From: Vicugna vicugna
Taxonomy: Eukaryota
Length of the DNA stretch: 64,000 bases
Direction of reading: 5' to 3'
Assembly: GCA_013265495.1 (NCBI GenBank)
Contig: MU058781.1
Coordinates: 11,203,009 to 11,267,008 of the forward strand
Numbering within the stretch: the first letter of the stretch is position 1; each line of letters begins with the position of its first letter. Shown here piece after piece: positions 27,591-38,715 of this stretch. The notes beneath the pieces were generated by a model, which did no database searches, was not told the origin of the DNA, and saw only the letters and a program-made list of their open reading frames with translations. Position numbers and translations under genes: made by a program.

Positions 27591-27856
27591 AACGAATCGG
27601 AGACAAGCCCACGGGTAAAACGAAGAAACCGCCGTGCGCCTGGGGTCCACCCTGCGGAGACCCTGTCGGCAGCAGGACTCGCTGTACACGTTCAAGTATT
27701 TCACCAAAGTCTGCACAACCAATCAGCGCTCGCAGTGCGCGCAGGACACCTGTTTCACACGCTTCCCGCGGAATCCAGGTGTAACCACCTCCGGACTGGA
27801 GCCATGCGGGGGGCTTGAAACAGGCTAAAGGAATGCGCGCGGGAGGGAGGGGTGGG

Positions 27857-27857
<1 letters not shown>

Positions 27858-27891
<34 letters not shown>
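27858..27891. repeat. (AC)17 microsatellite in the DCDC2 promoter region
   Basis: Directly visible. Confidence 0.95.
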
Positions 27892-27893
<2 letters not shown>

Positions 27894-28432
27894 TAAAATT
27901 TTAAATATGATGAAACTCAATTTCTAACATCATATTCGCGTTACTTTTCCAAATAGCTTAATTTTCTTTCCTCTCCTGACTCTCACCTCTCAATCTGTTT
28001 CCAAAATGAAGCAATTAGGATTCTGGCTGGAATTGCCCTGATTTTTCTTTGCCGAGAAATAACTGTTTAAGGTACATTGAGAGAGAGGAGTCGTGCGTTC
28101 AAGCCCCCTCGCCCCCTCCCCCAGATGACCTGCGCAGCCTCGCACTGAAGCTCCCGTGGGCACCGTTTGAACACCGCGGGCAAGGGCGCTCAATCGAGTC
28201 CCAGGGCGGCAGGCAGCGGCTGAGGACTCGCGGCGCGGGTACCTACCAACACCCGAGGGCCAGTGGCGGGAGGGGCGGCTGGGTAGGGAGGGGCGCGGGC
28301 GCCGCGCTGGGGCTAGGCTGGTACCGGGGTGAACTCGGCGACAGTCGCGCGTAGCTCCCGCTGTTCCTCCCGCTGCCGTTGCCTCTGCGGGCCTCCCACA
28401 CCCCGAAGGGACCGGAGTTGTTATTTCCCGCC

Positions 28433-28446
28433 GTTTCCATAGCAAC
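28433..28446. promoter_or_regulatory. RFX X-box
   Basis: GTTTCCATAGCAAC fits the X-box pattern GTYNCC-AT-RGNAAC; lies in the upstream CpG block of a ciliary gene known to be RFX-regulated. Confidence 0.8.
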
Positions 28447-29017
28447 TGCAACCACGCGCAGGGAGCAGAGTCCGTGAACTAGGCCTGGCGCTCGCCTGGA
28501 TCCCTTGGGCTTTGCCCACCGCCTCCGGCAGAGGCTTAAGAAGTCAGGGGTTTGGGGCAGATGGAGGAAGTCACTCTATTAATGGAAGCTAACTGGGTGG
28601 CAGGCGCTGTGCTAGTAGAGGGATACAGTGGTGTAGAGAAAAATCGACAATATGTTGAATGTCTATCATATGCCTAGCTTTATGCCGACAGAAGGATTTT
28701 TCACTGCCTCCAAAAGTCTAAATGGCTCTCTGTACCCAAGAGCATACATCCATGCTGTTTGTATAGATTGGATCAGTGTATGGGTAAGACAGGGGAGGAG
28801 CTCTGAGAACTTCAGTAAAGAGATGCTTTGTCCAGTCTCCTATGGGACATATATATTGTGGGACAAGGAAATTCTGTTTAAAAAGTTTAAATGCTCCAGC
28901 CCATCTCTGCCAGTGTTCCCTTTATTCCTCTTAAGACCTCTCTACTATGTGTCATGTGCAGATTTCATTACTGGCTGCTCTTCAGTCATCATCTGTGAAT
29001 AAAAATCATGTTAATAT

Positions 29018-29710
29018 GGATGAATGGATAAAGAAGATGTGAGATATACAAAGGAATAATACTCAGCCATAAAAAAGAATGCCATTTTGCCATTTACAGC
29101 AACATGGATGGACTTGGAGGGCATTATGCTCAGTGAAATAAGTCAGACAGAGAAAGACAGATACGTATGATATCACTTATATGTGGAATCTAAAAAATAC
29201 ACAAACTAGTGAATAAAACAAAAAAGAAGCAGACTCACAGATATAGAGGATAAGCTAGTGGTTACCAGTAAGGAGAAGGATGAAGAGAGGGGCAATATAG
29301 GCATAGCAGGGGGAAAAGGGTTATTATGGGATTATATGAAATCATGTGTGTGAAAATTTTGAAAATTGTAAAGCACTATAGAGTTTAAAGAACCTTTCAT
29401 TCACAAGATCTTGTAGTAGCTCACAGCAAAAAAATAAATGTGACAATTAATATATGTATGTTCATGTATAACAGAAAAATTGTGCTCTACACTGGAATTT
29501 GACAGAACATTGTAAAATGACTATAACTCAATTTAAAAAAAGTTTAAAAATAAATAAATAAATAAAGCAGTCTTATACATTAAAAATAAGAAAGAAAAAT
29601 TGTGCTCTGCACTGGAATTTGACACAACATTGTAAAATGACTATAACTCATTAAAAAAAAAGTTTAAAAAAAGAAATAAAAGAATCATTCAATCGAAAAA
29701 TGAAAAAAAT
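29018..29710 (+). mobile_element. Composite of L1 3' ends (host L1 plus two inserted tails)
   Basis: gatgaatggataaagaagatgtg...tactcagccataaaaaagaatg L1 end; a second tail type at 29403-29566 and again at 29593-29680. Confidence 0.85.
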
Positions 29711-29714
29711 GTTA

Positions 29715-29925
29715 ACAGTAACTACCATTAATTGAACATTTACCATGTTCATTGTGTTAAACACTGCATAGATTATGTACTTTAATCTTCAAAACCTTCA
29801 GAGGTCAATATTCTTTCCTCAGGTGAGGAAACTGAGGCACAGAGAAACTGAAAAAAATTTACCTTAGGTCGCATGCAAAAATTCAAACCCAGTTTTCTGT
29901 GATTCCAGAACCACCTTAACCAGCA
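29715..29925 (-). mobile_element. MIR SINE
   Basis: caggtgaggaaactgaggcacagaga...aattcaaacccagt. Confidence 0.75.
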
Positions 29926-30128
29926 GTTCAGGTCATACCAATTGAAAGATCAATGTATGGGACATTGCAATCTGGGGCAGAAGCATTATTATTAAAGTTC
30001 CTTAATACATCAATGCCTTGAAAGTTAATAGTATTAAAAAGAAGACCAAAGAGAAGAGAACAGTACAGTATCTCCAGCCCAGATTTGTCTCCTGAGCTCA
30101 GGCTCATTTATCCATTTGCCTCTTAGAC

Positions 30129-30510
30129 AGTGATGTGTTGATTAATGTTTAATTACTGGTTTGCAGAGTGAAGAAGGCCTTGATTCATAGCATTTGCCAA
30201 CTTTTGTAGTTTAAATAGTGCACACAATTTTGGGGGGCTGATTTCTAGCTCCAATCTGACACCACTAAAGGGAAGAGATATGCAGTAGCTCATATGGTAT
30301 TGCCACCATATGAATACAATAGACATCTAGCCTCACAGATAATAGTAAGGTGTAGGTGGTGATGAGTTTTGAGTCCTGTTATCTTTGTTTTTAAAGGAAT
30401 TTATTTAATTGTACATTTATACAAATTAGTTTTTAATAATGACCATGTTTAAAATTCCTGGAAATTTAACAATTGAGTCTTGCAAATCAGTACAGTTCTC
30501 AGCACACCCT
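30129..30510 (+). mobile_element. MER63-like hAT-Blackjack element within an L2 fragment
   Basis: cagtgatgtgttgattaatgtttaattactggt start and cagcacaccct end. Confidence 0.6.
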
Positions 30511-30856
30511 TCCTCCTGGACAGCATCCCTAGAGCATCAAAAAGTCAATGTAGACTCAAAACGTTCACATGATCTCATGGTTTCCTCAAATCCTTCTCTT
30601 TTCCTAAGTTCCTTATTTTCATATATGGACTCCCCACCCATTTGTTCAAAGCTGGAACATACACATTTCTCTTCCTCACTGAACACATTTAACTGGGGCA
30701 GAGAAAAAGCAACAGAAAGTCATGTAGTTGCAGTCTTTCTCTCTGCTCCTATTGCTTGCTGGATTTGTGTTAGAGCTCTTCTCTCTTATGCAGAATCCCA
30801 AGACTAGCAAAGGAAGAAGGATTTTAGAAGCCAGAAAGATCAGATAAATCCTGATC

Positions 30857-31652
30857 ATGGCTATAATCAAAAAGACCACATACAACAAATATTGGTGAGG
30901 ATGTGGAGAAAAGGGAATATTTGTGCACTGTTGGTGGGAATGTAAATTGGTGCAGCTACTGTGGAAAACAGTATGGAGATTCCTCAAAAAACTAAAAATA
31001 AAACTACCACATAGATCCAGCAATTCCATTCCTGATGTTTATCTGAAGAAAACAAAAACACTAATTCAAAAGATACATGCACCCCAATGTGCACAGTAGC
31101 ATTATATACAATAGTCAAGATATGGAAGCAACCCAAGTGTCCATCAACAGACAACTGGATTAAGACGATGTCTATATATACAATGGAATATACACTATAC
31201 TATACTATATATACTCAGCAATTAAAAAGGAATGAAATTTTGCCATTTGCAACCACATGGATGTGCCTAGAGGGTATTATGTTTAGTGAAATAAGTCAGA
31301 CAAAGACATAAAATCTGTGACCGCTTACGTGTAGAATCTAAAACATAAAACAAATGAATGAATATAACAAAACAGAAACAGACTCACAAATGTAGAAAAC
31401 AAACTAGTGGTTAGCAGTGGGGAGAGGTAAAGGGGAGGGGCATTAAGATTAATTAATTAAGATTAAGAGATACTAACTACTAGGTATAAAATAAATAAGC
31501 AACAAGAATATATTGTACAGCACAGGGAAATAGAGCCATTATTTTGTAATAACCTTAAATGGAGTATAATCTATAAAAACATTGAGTCACTGTGTTGTAC
31601 ACCCAAAACTAATAAAATAATGAAAATCAACTATACTCCAATTAAAAAAAAA
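30857..31652 (+). mobile_element. 5'-truncated L1 nested in an older L1 endonuclease-region fragment (~31655-31945)
   Basis: ORF2 C-terminal peptide (KIWKQPKCPSTDNWIK...NEILPFATTW), 3' UTR and A-tail; downstream gaatttaagacaaaaaggatc...aaagaggatc...aattcaccaggaa is endonuclease-like. Confidence 0.85.
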
Positions 31653-31944
31653 ACTAACCAGGAGAAAATTTGGGATTGTATATTAACTGCAGACAGAGAA
31701 TTTAAGACAAAAAGGATCATGAACAATAAAGAGGATCTTCTCCTAATGATGAAAAATGCAATTCACCAGGAACATATATTTGATTTCATTTAATACTCAT
31801 AGATCCAAAATAAAGAAGAAGTGACAGCACTACAAAGACAAATTAAGAAACTCACCATCATAATGGTAATCTATATAGCACACCAATAAAAACAAAGTAA
31901 AGACAATGGAAGTCTGAATAATGTAGTTAACAACCTTGGCCTGA

Positions 31945-32075
31945 TGCATGAGTTAGCAAATTTTTTCTTTCAGCCAACTTTTTCTATGAGGAGCCAGCAC
32001 TAGAATATCTGAGACTTTGTGGGCCACGTGGTTGATGCCATCATAGTGCAAAAGAAACCACAAACATCAGTGAAT
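31945..32075 (+). mobile_element. MER58-like hAT fragment
   Basis: gagttagcaaattttt...gagccag...agactttgtgggccac...catagtgcaaaagaaaccaca. Confidence 0.5.
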
Positions 32076-35000
32076 TGCCATTGTTGTATGTGTCAGTGGG
32101 GCAGGGAGGCAGTGCGTACATGTCTTTATGTTATTATTAATGTTTTTTACCTCTCACATACATTATAAATATTCTTGTCATATATTCAAATTTTAATTTG
32201 TTTTGCAAAAAGAGTTGGGATAAGTAAGCAAATTCTTATTTAGAAGGAAGGAAGGAGGAAGGGAAGGGAGAGGAACCATTAGGAGTGTGTAAGGTCTGAG
32301 TTGCTTGTAGACATCCAGCAAAGAAGAGATTGGGCGGGGCAACAGTATTTGGGTAGGGCCACAGAGAGGAGGGGAGTTTTAAAGTGAACATTGAAGAATT
32401 GATTGGATGGGATACAGTGAAGAGATGGAGTGGAAGTTAAAGGAGTCTTCACGAGCAAAGACAATATGAAGGAGTCAGCCCAGGAAGAATCTAAAACGCA
32501 GGTGGTCATCTCTGCCTCAGGCCAGGCTCAGGAGACAGAGGCGAGGCCGGTGTCTGTTGGGGAAACCAGAGGTGACGGACAGTGATGCTAGCTGACAGAG
32601 ACCTGGCAGAGGGAGGGCCCCCCAAAACCAGGAAACATCAGAGAGGCTGCCTGAGGAGGCCCAGCCTGTGGTAAGCAGTGTCCCTCTGAGGAGTGGGAAA
32701 CTCTGGCCCTCCCGGATAAGCTAGAGCCGCCTGAGCCCCTCGGCCGATGTAAATCCAGGCTTCATGCTCCTGCCCTGTCAGAAGTGCCCACTGGTGCTTG
32801 GAGAAACCCCTGCTTTTCACCTTCTTGAACTGAACATGGTGGAATCTGGAATTCCCTGAAAGTGAGGGGGATGTAGGGTTCCACTGCCATCTCCTCACGC
32901 CCAGTGATCCTGCACTGGGCCAGGATTTCCCTGAAGCTCCCCTCCCTGTGGAACAAGGTTAGAAACCCTGAAAACCATATGCCCAGAGGCCCCATTAGAG
33001 TGTGCGGTGAGTTGGGAGTACGGCTGTACTCCCAGAGGGATCTACAGAGGATCCCTTCAGCTGAGGGCCCTGTGAGACAGGGTCACTCATATGAGGTCTC
33101 GCTCAATACGGACCCCAACATCATACCTGCGTGAGCGGGACACATCAGCCAGGGGTGAGCTCAGTGTAAAATCCCATGCCTTACATCTTCAGGGGCTGGG
33201 GATGCTCTCAAAGGCAAAATATAACATGCAATATAAATAAGGATATAAATACTGCTGTTTTCTCTGCATGGACTGCTTAAGGACCAGGTTTTTAAGTACA
33301 GTTGAGTCTTTCTTGTCATTCAGCTCCCAGCTGACTGTTTACCTCATCAGAAAGGCCTTCCCTAATAGCCTTGTATAAAGTATCCCTTAGGCTTTCGGTC
33401 ACAACACCCCGTTCTATTTCCTGTTTGTAGCACTTGCCACTCTCTGGCATGTTCAGGAGAGTGGGATATTGTCCGGTCACTGCAGCACAGTGCCTGGTAT
33501 ATAGCTGAGCAAATGAATATTACAGAAGTATGGGTATAGAAAGAGAAAAGAGAGTAGGAGAGAGGAAAGAAAGAAAGGGTCGGGGGGAGTCTGGAGGGAA
33601 GGAGGGAGGGAGGAAGGGGGCGAAGGAAGGAAGGAATATGTCCTAGCTCTGGACTCCACTTTGTCCCCTACAGGGATTCACATATGTCTGAGTGTGCCTG
33701 CCAGACTGTTAGGTGGACCCACCAAGAAGGTGTTTTTATGAAAAACCAAGGTATCTCCTGACAAAAATTCATCCTAAAGTAAAAGGCAGTAAGAGAAGTA
33801 ACCCCAGCATCAAAGGCTAGATGGTGGGAGAGGGGCAGTCTGAAGTTCAGCATCTCACTTGTCAGTTTCCAATCTGCATGTACTCATTCCAGGGAATTGG
33901 ATGTGGCTATCAGAAAAATTCAAAACAAAGATTTGATTATAAATTCTATAAAGCACGGAGCACAAACAGCTTCTCTTTCACACCGTATGTAAAATATAAC
34001 GTGGGAGGGGGATGGAGAAGAGAGCCGTTCCAGTGCAGGGAGCAGAGTCACACTGGCGGTCCTCCCTGGACCTGTGAACTCTAACATAGCAAGAGACAGC
34101 ATCACCCCACAGAGGTAACGGTACACAGATGGCAGTACCGGCCTTCACGAGCAGCTAGGAAACAGCACCAAAAGGAGCTAAGCAGGGAATGAGGGCCAGG
34201 CAGAAACTGGGCAGGCTTAAGAGCTCACTCCCTGGGAACTCCTAGAAATAACTCGGGGAAGTTTCAGGGGGACGGTTATGGGGATGCACACCTTTCGTGG
34301 GAAGCAAGAGCCTGCTGAGCTGTGCCTTAATAATATCGATCAACTTTACACACCTTGGCCTGATATGGCCTGAGGAAATATAGGGGTTTGAGAACTTGAA
34401 AGTGAGGGAGAGGTGTATATGCAAAAAAATTAATAGAACCTAGTAAAATTGAAAAGGACAAGTGAGTATTTTAAATATGTGTGCGTTTTTTAAGGTCAGA
34501 AACAACTCTGCATTTGAGAGATTCACCCAGAAGTGCTGAGATGCAGTGATGCATCTACTTGACGATTCTTCACAAACATGTCACTTCTGGAGATCCCATT
34601 CTGAGGGGTATGATCCATGAGATTCTTTGGCCAATAAAGCCACTCGTAAACTACAGAAATCCTCACTGGGATTCATCAATGCCCCATGCCTTCTGGAGGC
34701 ATTTAACTAGCCACCTGGAGGATTCCCTGTCTCTAGACAATTATTTCACAGCAAGGAAGAAGAAAACTGCCAGAGGTTTCAAATTTGTTGGAGTCAATAA
34801 ACATATCAGATGGTCCATGGAGCTGCCACAGGACAGTAAAGCACAAAACTTTATTCTTGAAGGATTGCTCTTTTCCTACACTAGAGAGCAGATAGATGTG
34901 ATCAAAAATCATATATTCCAATGACAGACAATCTGACTTCTGAAATGGACTCATCCAACACTTATTGGTAGTGACAGAATTTTATTAGAAGAAATGAAGA

Positions 35001-37699
35001 AAATTGCTAACTAGAGATATTTTATATTTAAAAATGCATACACGTTTCACTGCAGTCATCAAATGATTTAAATTTCTCAACTGAGGAAACATTTGCATCT
35101 GTTTCATGAGGATAGTCTCAAATGGATTTTAACTTGCTTCATTGAAGATATCACTATACTTCAGAGTAGATTGGTTGTGTTGTTTTATTTATACATGATA
35201 CTTGTAACCCAGTTTTTAATTGTGGCTCCATCACATAATAGCTGCATCACCAGGATCTGTTACTTCATTTTTCTAAGTCTTAGTTCGCTCATCTGTAAAA
35301 TGAGCAACAAAACCTTACCCATATAAGATTTAAAAAGGTAATGATGAATGTATAGTGCTTACAGAAGTGCCTGACATTGTATGCAACAAATAAATATTAT
35401 CTCATTTTTTAAGATAGATCTGATAAATCCCAAGCTGAGTTTAACGCTAGTGATGGATGAAAAAAAAAAAAAACTAACCACCAAAGGTCTCAACAAGTCT
35501 TTAAATGAAAGTCCAGTGGCATGAGGTACCAGGGAAGGTGGTGGCGGAGTTGGGACTGGAGTCTACCAAATAGTTACCACTTTACTCACTTTGATCTGTT
35601 TCAGTAGATCTGTTGGCAGTATACACCATTTGTATCATTGATTTGTTTTATTCGTATACAGTACAGTTTCTGGAAACTGAAGAACCAAGGGCTACACTAT
35701 TTTACAGAAAACCAGAGCCCCCTTGAGATTTGATCAGTTATGATGACTGAGGACTAGAGCAAAGAGCTTGGCTTTTTGAATGATTTCTGCTTCAGTAGGA
35801 GGTATGAGAAGCCACCAGGCTGACTTTGCTTTCCCACAGGACAGCTGAAAGTATAAGGAATATTAAAATTTTTCTTTGAGTAGTTCTACTTAAAACACAA
35901 TTTACTCTCTTTTACAAGGAATTTGTTGTTATACTTTGATTCTTTGAAGGGAAAAGCTATTTAAACAAAGCAACTTCTCCTCCATGGTGATTTAACAGTC
36001 CAGCTATGGGGAGAATTTTTTAAAACTTTCATGAAACTAGACAACCTAAGCTCTAAATCCTTTCAACACTTCACATAATCCTCCATCCCCTTCCCTTACA
36101 ATTAAATTATTTTTGTCACTCTCAAGAGGAGCAAGACTTTCTTCGATTCTGAGTTAAAATAATTATTACTTATTTTCTTCAACTTGACTCTACAAACCAG
36201 TAAATAGCTTAGGAATGGTTTCACTATGCCAAACTAAGTTTTGTTTTTCTCGCTTTCAGCTCTCAATGATTTATATGCATAATCATTAAGTAGGTAAAAG
36301 TAACATATTTACATCAGTGAGAAGTAGTGTTTGTAAAATCAATATATTTATATTTAAATATAAAGAAATAAATTAAAAATAAATAAAACCAAAGCTTTGT
36401 AATCAGTTCATACCTTCCTCCAACCCCCACACCCAAAAGAATTCAAGGTACTCTGCATCTCTGAGTAGCTTGCTGCCTCTCTAAGTTCTTCTCAGATTTC
36501 ATTAACAGTGAAAATTAGAGTAATGCATATCTGAGGTTGATTTTTTGTTGTTGGTAAACTGTGCTAATCCTTCTGTAATTCAGATTTGGAGCAACAGAAT
36601 AACACAACAAAAGTGGATTCAGCCCTGTCTCCAACATTCCAGGGGCTCCTTTCTTATTTTCACACTACTAACAGGCTACATTTCTCCACAAACCTTAATT
36701 CTACACAACCTCAGAACAGAATTTTCTTTTCTTTACTTTTTCTAGTTCGAAAATTAAAATTGCTATCTTTTAACACCAACAAAATGCTTCTATGGCTAAG
36801 TATTTCCCTCCCCCATCATTGAAAGGTTATTGCTGGGAAAATCTTAGATGTCCAAGTCGAACTCTCAATTTTTTAGTTAGTGCTTTGAAGGATTTTCCTT
36901 AGTTTGCTGATAATCGCTGAAGTAAAACCCTACTATCTCTTCGTACCTGGGAGGATTTTGTTTTGTTTTGTTTTGTTTCAGGGTCAAACATGGGTAAGCC
37001 ACAGTGAATTACAATAAATAGAAGACTTTGATGAAAGAAAACTACCCCCTGCTGTGAACAACTAAGAGAGAAGTTAACCATTACAAAGAAACCATTCTGC
37101 AGGAAATTATGTTACTAATACAGAAGTTATTGGTTAACTGTAGTCCAGTTTCTGGATTAATGGAAAGAGATGCTTTAGGGAACTGTGAAATTCTGATGTT
37201 ATTCTAAGTTTGGGAGTCCTAATTTTAAAATTTCTTGATCAGTCAATAAGACCACAACTAGCATAGGAGGTAGAATTATTAAAGGTAGACACCCGAATGT
37301 TTTCTACTCACATACATCGATTTCTAACTTAATTATAAACTAGCCACAGAAGTTTCAGTGATTGCACAATCTAACATTTTTCAACCCCTCTGTTTTATGA
37401 CCTATTTGGTCATTTCCCAGTGACATTTTCAGATAGTGCAGTAAAACCATACCGAGTGCAGATTAGAAAAGCACGTCTTAAAACATCTATGTGAATAAAT
37501 GAAAAAGTTTAAATACCATTTAAGTTAAAATGCAGTGAAACCTTGCCTGATAAGAATCCAGCACACCCTGAACCCTTCGTAACTGACTTTTTCCACAATT
37601 AATTCAATTTTAAACTGAAAGAGTCAAATGATAAACAACTTAATATAAGGTTACTCAAACCGGAAGGAAGAAGAGAGGGAAAAAAGAACAAATCTAGCA

Positions 37700-38170
37700 C
37701 ATTACATTTAAGATGCATGTTTTTTCCCACCATCTTTAAGTCTCTGTAATCAGGATGTACCTTACAGTCAAAGAAGTCCTCCACTTGCCCTTGACCAGGT
37801 GGCGTACTGCATAAGCAGGAGAGAATCTGGCCATACTCTTCACATTGTCACCGCTTGAGCTAAGACGTTTATGGTTAGTGTCTTATGTTAAGTTTAAATA
37901 CTTCTAAAACAAATTTTTTTTAAGATTACACCATAGTTTAGCATTGAAACAAAAAAGTTTTTAGAAATGCCTTATATTTTGCTTGTATTTTCCCAATTAT
38001 GCACAAGAATGTCATATGATACAGAACTGTGTCTAAAGAAGTCTAAAAGAGTGCTTTCAATAAGCATACAATTTTTAAAAATCTATGTTATAAGAAAGAT
38101 TTGGGTCATCATTTAATCGAATTTTTTTCTTTGTTAGGGGTACCTAAAATAATGGTGCACCTTGTAATCA
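37700..38170 (+). mobile_element. TcMar-Tc2 (Kanga1/MER104-like) element truncated by an LTR
   Basis: taagatgcatgttttttccc...ctctgtaatcaggatgtaccttacagtc and ctaaaataatggtgcaccttgtaatc; similar to the MER104-like copy at 45384. Confidence 0.55.
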
Positions 38171-38715
38171 TGTTACCGAATTGCTCATAGGGACCCTAAC
38201 TTGGGCCCTAGCCCAGCCAAGTCCTCCCACCTTGGTGGGCAAGGTCCTTTTCCTGTTCAGATTTGCACAGTCAATGAGGAAACTGATACTAAGACTAAAG
38301 CAGCACAAGCTCTATTCAGTGGCCAGAGAATGGAAGAAGCGGGACCTTAGTTCAGAGATCAACTGCTCCTCAGGGACAATCAGGGCAAGATTTTTAAAGG
38401 TAGGATTAATGAGGGGGAGGCATATGCATTGCTTTTCTGGGAATTGATGGGGTTCTTCCCGGACTTGGGCTGCGCCTCTTTTTCTTCTTTCTATGGTCCT
38501 GCACTTCCTGTCCTCGCCACGTGTGTGTGTGTGTCATTTACACGCTGATGTAGTACAATGAGTGTATAATGAGGCCCAGCATCCACTGCGGTCAGGTCTT
38601 CCACCATCTTGGATTCAGCCAGTTCTAACCAATTCTGGTGGCCTCTTGTTTTTCTCTTCTGGTGGTTTCCTGTAAGACAAAGATGATGCCTGCCCACAGC
38701 TTAGCTCCCTCAAGA
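38171..38715 (-). mobile_element. ERV1-type LTR, reverse orientation (right boundary uncertain)
   Basis: Starts TGTTACCGAA (minus strand ends TTCGGTAACA, like the 3941 LTR end); ctctattcagtggccagagaatgg and ccaccatcttggattcagccagttctaacc are LTR-like. Confidence 0.6.

Larger units (their letters stand above)
27180..28530. promoter_or_regulatory. DCDC2: DCDC2 CpG island / promoter, in two CpG-rich blocks (~27180-27850 and ~28090-28530)
   Basis: Dense CpG and high GC against AT-rich flanks; covers exon 1 and upstream sequence; GC box GGGGCGG at 28272. Confidence 0.85.

Noticed and set aside
27379..28455. 170-aa and 153-aa minus-strand ORFs upstream of or overlapping DCDC2 exon 1
   Set aside because: They begin in a (TG)n repeat or in GC-rich sequence, are out of frame with or unconnected to the DCDC2 CDS, and show no recognisable homology.
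33538..33636. Purine-rich GGAA/GAGAGGAAAGAAA tract resembling the human DCDC2 READ1 repeat
   Set aside because: READ1 lies in DCDC2 intron 2, whereas this tract is upstream of the gene and sits at the tail of an L2-like fragment. No READ1-like compound repeat was seen in the part of intron 2 covered here.
34559..36390. 121-aa ORF followed by AT-rich sequence ending in clustered AATAAA, suggesting a retrocopy
   Set aside because: No recognisable protein in any frame, non-ATG start, no clear poly(A) tail or TSD, and a MIR-like segment interrupts it. A BLASTX/BLASTN hit to a spliced mRNA would be needed to revive the idea.
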